The notes beneath the pieces were generated by a model. It searched no databases, was not told the DNA's origin, and saw only the letters and a program-made list of their open reading frames with translations. DNA of 64,000 nucleotides. Source: Octopus sinensis. Its lineage: Eukaryota. The stretch lies in NCBI RefSeq assembly GCF_006345805.1, contig NW_021833028.1:143463-207462 (forward strand), written 5' to 3'. Positions 1-10,456 of this stretch are shown here, in pieces (positions within the stretch are counted from its first letter, which is position 1; the number at the start of each line of letters is the position of its first letter). The position numbers and the translations under genes were made by a program.

Positions 1-184
1 CAAAACTAAGATAATTATAATCATAAAACCGACTATAGAGGTCAATAACGGATAGAATTTATTTATATCCTCAAACCTTTTCAAATCAATAAATTCGATT
101 TGAAAACGCAAATTTGAAGCAGAAGCCAAAACATTATTAGTTTCATCCACGGTCTAAACCAGTGATTCTCAACCTTTTTTTGGT

Positions 185-859
185 GTTATGGGCGTGTTTT
201 TCGTCTCAAGGAGTGGGTGAACTATTTTTCACAGATGGAATATTGAATCCCAAGATGTACGTCGAAATTTTGGAAAATTGTTTAGTTCCGTCCATCAATA
301 AATTAAAGCTAAGAAGCAATTGGACGTTTCAACACGACAACGATCCCAAACATAAAGCTAAAATAACTACTGAATGGCTTAATAATAATGGAATAAATGT
401 TCTGAAATGGCCTAGTCAATCTCCTGACTTAAACCCAATTGAAAATTTATGGAAAACATTGAAAATAAAGGTAGGAAAACGAAGACCTAGAAATATGGTG
501 GAGTTAAAAGCATTCTGCCGTGAGGAATGGAATAAAATTTCCAAAGAAGAATGCTTTAAATTAATAGATACATACAAAAGAAGATTAGAAGCAGTAATTG
601 TTGCAAAAGGGAATGCAACAAAATATTAATAAGGCATCGTGCCAACACTTATTGACCCTTAAATAACGTTAAAAATTAAAAAAATGTTTTTTCTTTGTCA
701 ATTATCGCTAATTTTAAAGATTTAAAATTATTTTCTAAATCAGAATCTTTTGAATTTTTCAAAAAAAATAATTAAAAGTCAAAATACTTCATATTTTATG
801 GGCAAAAACGTAAAATACTAAAATTTATTAAGTGGTGCCATGACTTTTTGGGCCCACTG
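185..859 (+). mobile_element. 5'-deleted Tc1/mariner element (DD34E transposase C-terminal half, ORF 162..629) with right TIR
   Basis: ORF has WACFS..GVG, FQHDNDPKH and WPSQSPDLNPIENLW motifs; ends ...GGCCCACTG|TA at 859-861. The first ~25 nt of the ORF derive from a CAGTGATTCTCAACC hAT-type terminus at 160. Confidence 0.9.
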
Positions 860-940
860 TATATCAAGAATTAGAAAAATTGACTAACGATTTTGTTTAA
901 AATTTTTCATCTAAATTTTTTTAAGAATTGGAAGCCCGCA

Positions 941-982
941 TAGGGTTAGGGTTAGTTGTTTAAGATTTGAGTTAGGGTTAGG
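941..982 (+). repeat. Short degenerate interstitial TTAGGG-like tract
   Basis: tagggttagggttag...gagttagggttagg read directly from the sequence. Confidence 0.7.
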
Positions 983-1112
983 AGCAGACGAAGCTTTTAT
1001 ATGGAATCTATAATTTTTTTCTATTTTCTAATGTAAATTTTAATTATTATCTCAATTTTAACCGATTTATTTACAATTTTAAATCATTATTTTTTAATGG
1101 TTTTTTAAAGAA

Positions 1113-2776
1113 AATTGGACACGATTTCCCGAGGGATGAGCAAAAAGTGCTCACTCTCGAAAATGTGGAAGATGCTGCGTAGCATTAAAAACGCCGACAG
1201 TACAAACGAGGATGACAACAATCACCAACTAGACCTAAACACTTTTATGAAACATTGCGTGAAGATAAGTCACAAGCCTTATAAAAAATCGGAATCCTCT
1301 TCAATTATTAAGGGTAAACCGAAAAGGGAGCCTCCATCATTGTACTTCCTACCTCGAGATGTCGCTTTAGAAATTTTCCGACTAAAGAATACACGCTCCT
1401 GCGGACCAGACGGAATCCCAGCGATCATGCTCAAAAAATTGGGCGATGCAGCTATCTCTGCACTTACGAGTATTTACAACTACTCGTGCAACTTCAATTT
1501 CATTCCAACATTATGGAAACTGTCGTGCATTCACCCAATCCTGAAGCCTGGAAAACCGAAGGAGCAACCTGGATCATACAGGCCACTGTTCCTTTTATGC
1601 GTCCAGGCACGAATTCTAGAGAGAATGGTGATGACTTTGATTCGCCCCCTCCTCCCAGAAGTCAGTTTCCAACGTGGATTCAAAGAGGGGCGATCAACTG
1701 TCACACACCTAAATGCTTTAATTAAGTTTATATCCGACAGTCTAAACAATAAACCTAAACAGGAAAAATCCATTGTCTGCTCGATCGACATAAAGAAGGC
1801 TTTCGATTCGGTGCCAAGGAAAATACTCACACAAAAGATCTATTCCTCAAATATTGATACGAATCTAAAACTATGGCTTGGGAATTTCCTGAGCGGCCGT
1901 CGGGGAAGGGCTTGCTGTGGAAACAGATCTTCCATATCGAGACTATTACCAAATGGGGTCCCTCAGGGTTCTCCACTATCTCCACTTTTATTCAATCTCA
2001 TGATGAACGACATACCACAGCCAGAAGGGGACAACGATCTGTTATTACTATATGCAGACGATATTATCGTCGCATCAAGGGATGTGAGCATAATAAAAGC
2101 AACGGATAGAATACAGGATAACCTCAACAATCTGATTTCATGGCTATATAAAAACGAACTGGAAGCAAGTCCGGAAAAATCTATTTTGACTCTGTTTACG
2201 AAAAACAGAAGGCTTGGAAAGTCTCAATTGAAGCAAAGTTAGACGGGGAAATTATACCGCAGAGCAAAACCCAGAAGATTCTTGGAGTTACATTCGACAC
2301 CTTTCTAACCTTTTCAACCCACGTCGAAAATGTAGTTATGGCGGGTGCAAGAAAGGTTAACTTCCTGAATGCCTTCCTGAAGAACGCAGAAGAATGCAAA
2401 GGCCTATATGGCCTAAACAACATATATAATCAATACTTGGAACCTACGATCGGCTATGCGTGCGGAATCTGGGGAACAAACTTAAGTGCAAACAATCAAT
2501 CAAAAATCGACAAAATTCGGTTGAAAGCGGCAAACCTGCTAAATACTTTTTCCGATAAAGAGATTATCCCAAAAGCCTGGAACAACATCATAAAGTCATC
2601 TGCAATCCATCTACGAGAGGTTCGTCCTGAAAATCCCCATCCGTACCGAAAATGCGTCGGGACAACGGCGGAACATCGGGAGAGGCTGCGCGAACTGCTG
2701 AGGGAGGCTGGGATCACCTGAATTCTTCTTTCTTTTGGCTATGACGGTGGTTTTCTGGTTCAATAAATAAATAAAT
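1113..2776 (+). mobile_element. 5'-truncated non-LTR retrotransposon (Vingi/Ingi-like, I group), RT with one frameshift near 2235
   Basis: ORFs 1115..2242 and 2338..2721 with GPDGI, SYRP, QRGFK, IDIKKAFD, GVPQGSPLSP, YADD and LGVTFD motifs; ends REAGIT*, then TATGACGGTG and (AAAT)n. Confidence 0.9.
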
Positions 2777-3299
2777 GGTTAACCAAAAATCAGATAGACT
2801 TCTCGATAATCAATAAAAATTGTTGATGTCAGTGGGATGTTGGTTTTTTCGAGATCCCGCTTTTTTCAACATGTACCAAAATTATTAAAAATGAGTATAA
2901 AGTGAGACTTAGAAAAAATTAACATGTATTTTGTATGGTAATATTGCTCAAAAATAAAATTTTGAAAGTATCCATTTATTCGCGTGTCCATTTATCCGAC
3001 TGTGACATCATATATCACTTCAGCTTGTCTCTGCGAATCGTGTAAAATGTTCTGCTCATATCAATGCCCAATATTATGGTTACCATTTCAAATTTTTGGC
3101 ATATGGTAGGAATAGATCTACCTCCTTATATTACATCGGCAATTGATCTTCCAAACCTGAATCCACTTTGGATGATTAATTTCTTTTTATTTATAATAAA
3201 GTAGCTTTATTCAAATAAAATTGTATCAAATCGAAAGTAATTGGACGATCCATGAAAAGTGAAAAAGTAGTCAAATATTGTTTAGTTTAAATTGCAATT

Positions 3300-3532
3300 T
3301 AAAAATATTAAATTCTTATGGCCATCAGTTTGATTTGAAATGGATAGAATATCTTAAAAACATTTAGTTGTTCATTATACTAACTTTCGTAGGCAAAAAA
3401 TATTCACCACACGAAGAGAGTTGGAGACGGGAAATATTTCGAAGCAATCTTGAACTAATTGATCAACACAACTTGAAGTACGAAAGAAGAGAGACTTCGT
3501 ATGCTCTAGGCATCAATCAGTTCGCAGACATG
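3300..3532 (+). pseudogene. Cathepsin L-type I29 propeptide/inhibitor domain, isolated (truncated gene or standalone inhibitor)
   Basis: Removing a 26-nt intron (and one homopolymer indel) gives FDLKWIEYLKTFSKKYSPHEESWRREIFRSNLELIDQHN...YALGINQFADM (ERFNIN and GNFD motifs). Stop codons follow; no catalytic domain found downstream. Confidence 0.7.
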
Positions 3533-4339
3533 GTATCTCATCACTTCTTCTTTATAAAGTAAAAGTAAAACAGTAAAATTAAAAGAAAGCTGTAAATAAG
3601 AATTTAGCTTTGATTTAGAAATAACTTTATTGTTCAGATAGACCAGTCTGTTGACGAAATCGAGTAATGCAGGGTTTCGAGTGCAAGTCTAACATTTGTG
3701 GACCATTTCTGCGTGTTGATATATGTTTTTGGTTTTAAACTTTGGTGCGAAGGAGATTAATGAGAATCCCTTGGACGTCTAAAATAACAGACATGAATAT
3801 ACTAAACGTGACTATTCACTGATGACGGCGCCACTTCGTCAAACGTTTTAACACTGTAGATGTAAAAAATCTTCAACCGGAAGGACAGAGCACAAATACA
3901 AACTTGTATGTCACTCTGCCCGACACCTAATCACTGTGCAACCAACTTGTTTTTTGGTGGAAAAAAGTTCCACGTTAGAATATTTATACTGCATCATCCA
4001 AAAACATAATAATTTTTAGTTTCTGATGCCTCATTTCACATCTTACAATCATTTGAAAACAGTTTGTAACGTTGGAGAAGTAAATACAGGTAACTCATGC
4101 AGATTAATATTTTCAACATTTGCTTGTTCACCACTGATATAGTACGTCGCCATCATTTTTTTTTTGATTTTCTGTCGAGTTGTTCGCAATTCAAGGTTAA
4201 AGACGATTAATATGTCGCGACCCACGCTGGCGATCATCAGTTGACATGTGATGTATTTTTGACATTAATTGCGACCATCAGTTTGACAGGTGATGTATTT
4301 TAATTGATGTATTTTTGTATTAATTAAAAAAAACTAATG

Positions 4340-4690
4340 ACATGTTAACACTTAATCCATCGTTAAACTCTTTATATCTTCTAACATCAATAAGATCCGC
4401 CTGAAATCTTTCATTGGGTTTTCCTGCAGTTACATGGTAATTAGAATCCGACACCTAGGTATATTTTTTTTAAAATACTTTCAATGGTATGGCCAATTTA
4501 CAAATTTCACAGTCTTTTATAATTTGTTTGATGATTGGACGTTTTACAGTGAAATAGAATTCACTACACTTTTTCTGAAGCTTCGTATTCCCCGTGGGAT
4601 TCTTGGTGAATGGCGAATGCTAGTGTCCTCATCTCCATTTCATTGTCCAGACAAATGACCAATTTGTGTTTTTTGTTATTTTCTCGTCCT
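4340..4690 (-). mobile_element. Decayed Ginger2/TDD (KRBA2/SCAND3-like) integrase fragment
   Basis: IHQESH...IIKDCEICK zinc finger followed by HVTAGKPNERFQADLIDV; a 24-nt GT-AG intron lies at 4455-4478. Confidence 0.75.
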
Positions 4691-4779
4691 TTAGATAAAG
4701 ACTATGAGTTATGAGTCGCAAATATACCGATCATTAATAATAATAAATTTTTTTTTTTGAAGAAAAGATAATATAAATG

Positions 4780-4940
4780 AAAATAACTAGACAATGCAGT
4801 TATTTTGAACTGCCGGCGCATAAGATGGCCTGGCAGTTCCCTCGGACGATCGCCAACGAGACTCTTTGGAAAAGATGACGAGTCTCGTTGGGATCCTTGT
4901 TTCGTCTGGCAATCTTCGACCCCAGCCCCAGCCGATGACT
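4780..4940 (-). mobile_element. 3'-terminal fragment of a CRE-like non-LTR retrotransposon
   Basis: Translates KIARRNKDPNETRHLFQRVSLAIVRGNCQAILCAG*, homologous to the C-terminus of ORF 55499..55948. Confidence 0.8.
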
Positions 4941-5225
4941 TTAAAATATTCACGACAAAACATTCAGAATGAATTCAATCTATTATGACAAATAAATTGT
5001 TAATCCAGTCCTGGAATGCGGATAAACTGAATAACCGTTAGTGTTCATCCAGATGCCGTCTTGTCCGAAAATTATTGGAATTGTGACTAAGTTACATTAT
5101 ATTTGGTGACTTATCGAACTCGGTTCATTGAATCAGAACAGAGGAATTTTAGAAATTCCAGGTCAAATCTGGAAATTTCCGGTTTTGAGTGTTTAAGAAC
5201 ATTTCGATTATTCTAATTGAACGAA

Positions 5226-6407
5226 ATGTTTAAGCCAGGCTGTTGTATTTTCGGGATTTAAATTTTAGTGAAGACGCTAATTGGAGTATTACTGGCCGTC
5301 GCAATTTACGTGCATGTGATCTGTGATGGACCTCGCCAGGCTAAAGTAAGATATTTGATGTCAGTCTTAATTTAGAAAATCTCTGATTTGAGAGTGAAGG
5401 ACTGGCTTTCGTGCGATATTTCGTACGTCTGTAAAATAATAATCACAAAATTTGAAGATATAGTCAACATAAGGTTTAAATTTCAAGGTTGTATTTCAAG
5501 TGGAAATTACAAGTACATTGAACCGGAAATGATATGTTTCATGGGTCTAATCTATGGATTACTGGGAGCTTACTTTTTATTTTCTGAAAAGTACCTGAAT
5601 CAATGTATCGGGATCTTTTTTCTTCAGTTGAGACATTTAATGGATATATACGACGGAATGATCTATCGGCGACGAAAGAATGTTGAGTCTACTCCGATCT
5701 TTAAAAACATTGGGTTTTTTATCGACGCCACCTCAGACACTCTTGCCATCTCTTTGTCAGTAATCGCTATTCTCCTTGGCATCCTCAGAAGGCGCAGACA
5801 AAACTCGCCTTTGAAGACGTTTGTAACCTCAAAAAAGAAAATATCGTTTTTTGAAAGTCCTCTTAAATATATGAACGTAATTTGACTCCTCTTTTACCAA
5901 TCGGCTCTGAGGACCTGAGGGCAATAGATATTGTCCGTACTTTTGCACTGAGCTTCACCTTCGTGATAATTATGGGAATTTTTTGGACCACAACCCATGA
6001 CATGTACTACTCAATATTTGACAGAGTAGTCGAATCTCCAGACGCAGTAATATTTATATTAACATCGCATAGACAGCCCTTGTTCTGAGACATTTCCACT
6101 TGAAAACGACTGCTTTTAAGTTTTTTGTTTATTCGCAAGTAAACCACCTCAACTACATCCAATATTTTTTTTCATGGTGATTGCCAGAAGGCAATGGGTG
6201 GGGCTAGTTGTGTGACTTTTAGGACTTTCTTCGAATTACCTATATTTGGTGGTTCATACTCTGCATAGTGTTCACACTCGTCATCAAATTTGACAGTCAT
6301 TACGTAGGCTATTTTGAAACTATTTTAGTTAAATTCGCAAGTAAATCTAGTCCTAGAGAAGATGGTCAAAGTTTAATTGTTTACTTTTTCTTTAGTTGTA
6401 CAAAATA
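5226..6407 (+). CDS. CDP-alcohol phosphotransferase, ceramide phosphoethanolamine synthase (Cpes)-like; multi-exon, 3' end approximate
   Basis: DIYDGMIYRRR...GFFIDATSDTLA fits the D(x2)DG(x2)AR...G(x3)D(x3)D signature; several transmembrane segments; several 24-35 nt GT-AG introns; one apparent poly-T indel near 6165. Confidence 0.7.
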
Positions 6408-7119
6408 AAACATTCTATACATATGGGCAATAGAGGAAACCAATTTGTATGTATTCCTTGGTGTCCTTGAAGACAAGATAGCTTAAAAACGTCCGACCTG
6501 TCTGTTTGTTAGCTTAGCTATTGAAAAATTAGTATATTTTTAAGGAATCTTCGACGCTTTCAGCCATTTCGTCAATTCGGCGACGAATCGTATCATTACT
6601 CAAAGGTAAATTCTAGCCACATCAAAATGGTCGCACTACTTTTAAAATTTCAGATGGATTACGTCCCAATATATCTTGTAAAAAAACTGCGATAGAAGGT
6701 ATTATTAACAATTCACCCGAAACATGGTAGAATTATTTTTAGCAACAATATGAGCAATTTTGTAGTATGCAAGTAACCCATCTATGAAATAGGTTAAAAG
6801 GAATACTTTTTCGCGCAAGAGCATGATGAGTGATTAACTTTTGAAGAGTTGTAGGTTCATCAATCTTGTTTTTATATTTTGAAAATATTCAAGCGAAGAT
6901 CCGACTAGATTTGGATGTTTAGTCCTCAAATGGTGTATTAATCTTGCTAATTTCATTCAACTATTGGCCAAAGGAATTTTGCAGATTATGCAAAAAGGCC
7001 TAGATTTGTTTCCACTGGAAGGGATAAATCCATATTTCAGATATTCTTTACGATAAATCAGAGGCGTACATGAATTACCACCAGACATGTGATTGACACG
7101 AGTATTTATAGGTATCAAA

Positions 7120-8939
7120 TAGAGGTGCCCGATTAATCGGCCGATAATCGGTAATCGGCATATCGGCCACTTTGCCGATTATCGGTAATCGGCAAAATCT
7201 GCCGATTAATCGGTAATGTAATTATTTTCCGAAATACAATTGTATACAACAAAACGTTAAAAAACAAAATTTTTTAAAAGAATCAATAATTAAAGTCTAA
7301 TGTTTTTAAATTATATTGAAGGTACATCATCATTTCTCCATTCTCTGGAAAAAGTCTATTTCTTTTCGGTTGATATATATTACCTCCAGTGCTGAAAACT
7401 CTTTCGCTTTCTACAGACGAAGCAGGAGCTGTTAAATATTTCAACGCCATTTTACTTAAGCGGGGAAATATATTCGTGAAGTTCTTCCACCACGTAAATA
7501 TATTATCAGTTCGTGGTATTAAATCTAGCTCTAAATAATTTTGAAGTTCCGTCAAATAGCAATGTTGGTAATTTTTCTCCATAGACATAATTGGGTTAGA
7601 AGATGAAATTTGAGAAAATATTTCTTCAAATGTTAATGTTTCAGAATTTTGTATTTTTGTCAAAGAAATGGCATTTTCAGATAACTTCGTGTCAGGAGAA
7701 TTACTATCCTTCATATTTTAACAATCAATTTTTTAATTCTTTCAATCATACAAGTCTTATGAAATCTTGTTTTAAATCTGGGATCCAATGTTGTTGTAAT
7801 ACATAGTGATTCGTTTTCAAAATAAAAGGTAAATCTTTTCAATAGAGGACATTAATTTTTCAATTGTTTCTTTGATTTCATAAAATTCACAAGATTCTTT
7901 TGCCTTTTCAAGAAATAAGAGAATTGTTTTGATTGAAGGAATAATCATGGAAGCAGTAGCACTCCTTTTCCTCGCTTCAATTGTTATTTCCTCAAATGGT
8001 TTCAAAATTTTAACAATTTTTTCTGCTGTTTCCCACTGTATATCTGATAATATTGAAAGATTATGATCAATTGCATATGTTACGAGAGCTTTTCGTTGTT
8101 CGATCACTCTCGATAACATGTAATAAGTAGATTGGAATAATATGATTTAGTAATCGAATGAAACCAATATCACCAACAAATGAATAGAGTAATAAATTAA
8201 CTGCAATCATTTCTCCAATTAATTTATGAACCTCTGGAATCGTCGGAAAGGCTGCGACTCAACTCCTCACCGCCATTGGTAGAAAAATCTCCACAAAAAC
8301 AAACGACCGGAGGGAGACGAGCTGGCTGTTCCAGCGAATCTCGGTTGCTGTGCTCCGCGGAAACTGCCACTCAATACGCAGCGCGGCATCGTTGAGCTGA
8401 CCCTCAGGCTCTCGACAATTCCCTTAGCCACCCAATTGCTTACTTTTTTCTTTCTTTCTTTAATAAAGATCACTTACAAAAAAAAAAAAATTTATGAATT
8501 ATTTTTGATTTATGATCGTCAATATTCCACATATTTTTCTTTTCTATAACTTGAGTAAGTGTTAACTGCTTCAATTGAGCAAAAGGTCGTTTTTTCTGTA
8601 GCACAATTTGTTCTTTCAATTGTTCACTATGATAAACCCTAAGATGATTTATCATATTAGATGTTGTAAATGTCTTTCGCGTTCGTCCTCCTCTTGATAT
8701 TAAAATATCGCATAATTTACATACGCAAAAAAACGATTATCGTCTGAGACATCAAAAAATTTCCATACAACGCTCGACATGTTAAACAAAATATTTAATT
8801 ACATTTTTAATAAAATAAATTACATATAAATATATTTTTATGTATAATATAATGGCCGATTAATCGGTATCGGTATCGGTGAAATTGGCCGATAATCGGT
8901 AATCGGCAAAATCCAAAAATGGTTATCGGTGCATCACTA
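7120..8939 (-). mobile_element. hAT (Ac/ZBED1-ZBED4-like) element with internal deletion
   Basis: TIRs TAGAGGTGCCCGAT / ATCGGTGCATCACTA with ATCGG subterminal repeats; 8-bp TSD GTATCAAA at 7112-7119 and 10459-10466; dimerisation motif YLTAPASSVESERVFSTGG in ORF 7283..7714. Confidence 0.92.
8231..8488 (+). mobile_element. 5'-truncated CRE-like retrotransposon inserted in the hAT ORF
   Basis: RETSWLFQRISVAVLRGNCH* plus poly-A; 10-bp TSD AATTTATGAA (8221-8230, 8489-8498). Removing it restores the hAT reading IIHK|LIGEMIAV. Confidence 0.92.
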
Positions 8940-10456
8940 CAGTACCGCTCAAATGTTTCGGACCACCCTATTTTTCTCAATTTCCAAGTCAATCCTAAAT
9001 TATTTTTATACGGTTCTTTAGAGAAACTTATTAGATAAGCTTAAATACATTTATTCTATTCTAAAATTTTCTTTAAATATTTTTGTTTGGCGCCAATTGA
9101 ATATAATTGATTTTTGACTCGATCATATGTTCCGGACCAGTTGCAATCATATGTTTCGAACCAGTTAAATCTCTTTAAATTTAAATAATTTTTGATTCAA
9201 TTAAAAACAAAAGACTAATAAATAACAAATGCCGCGTGTTTCACTGGTTGATCGGGTCGCTATCATCACTTTTTTTAAAGATGGAGCTTCACAAAGAGAA
9301 ATTGCCGAAAAATTAAAAATATCCAAAACTGCTGTTCAAAGAACAATTTCCAGATATTCATCCGTTGGACTATATTCCGACAGACCCAAATCTGGTCGAC
9401 CGAGATTGTTATCCCCAAGATCTGAACGCAAATTAGTGAGAATTTCGAAGCAGACCCCACAAAAACGGCAAATCAAATTAAATTTGATATGAAATTAAAT
9501 TCTATTGTAAGCACAAATACAATTAAAAGATGCCTACAAAGAAATAATTTGAATGGGCGAAAGCAATGCCCAAAACCAAGTCTTTCCATATGCCATAAAA
9601 AGGCTAGAAAAAATTGGTGCATTGAGAAATTAACTTGGAGCCAAAATGATTGGGGTAAAATTATTTTTAGTGATGAATGCAAAATAAATTTGCATTCAAA
9701 CACAAAAAATTATGTTAGAAGGCCACCAAACTCTAGATTTGACTCAAAATATTGTTTAAAAACACGAAAATTTTCTCCTAGCATTATGGTCTGGGGAATA
9801 TTGCTGCAAATGGATGGAGAAACATTGTCTTATGCATTAAAAATGTTGATTCCGCAGAGTATCAGAGAATTATAAATGTTGGACTCGAAAATTTTTATGA
9901 TGAGACCATGTATCTCCAGCAAGACGGCGCTCCTTCCCATCGGTCCATGTCGACAATGAATTTTTTTCAAAGGAAACAAATAAAAATCTTAGAAACTTGG
10001 CCGAGCCAGTCACCCGAACTGAATATTATTGAAAATATGTGGTCGGTACTAAAACAAAAACTTTATGATCTGGAACCAAAAGATCTTCCAGAGCTCTGGA
10101 ATTTGACCAAAAAAATTTGGTACGAGATTGATAATTCGTACATTGAAAAATTATACAATTCACTTCCAGAGCGAATAAATGCTGTTATAACGAACAACGG
10201 AGGAAATATTAATTATTAACTTTTTATAAGTTTAATAAATTTTCGGTTTTTTTAAACTGGTCCGGAACATATGATCGAGTATAAAATCGATAATTTTAAA
10301 ATTGCGCCAAACATGAATATCTGTCCAAGTTTTTTAAATAGAATAAATGTGTTTAAGCTTATCTAATAAGTTTCTCTAAAGAACCGTATAAAAATAATTT
10401 AGGATTGACTTGGAAATTGAGAAAATAGGGTGGTCCGAAACATTTGAGCGGTACTG
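8940..10456 (+). mobile_element. Full-length Tc1-like element with ~200-bp TIRs; transposase 9229..10219 frameshifted
   Basis: CAGTACCGCTCAAATGTTTCGGACC / GGTCCGAAACATTTGAGCGGTACTG termini, TA TSD; HTH, SGRPR, IFSDE, QQDGAPSH and WPSQSPELNIIENMW motifs. Confidence 0.95.

Noticed and set aside
3640-4330. Possible decayed transposase (Merlin- or Helitron-like) with a ~43-bp duplication
   Set aside because: No diagnostic motif could be recovered in any frame, so it is left unassigned.
4800-4935. Two long hairpins with a CGAAAC motif, suggesting a hammerhead ribozyme or SRP-like RNA
   Set aside because: No CUGANGA core or SRP helix-8 motif is present; the segment is a CRE 3' coding end.
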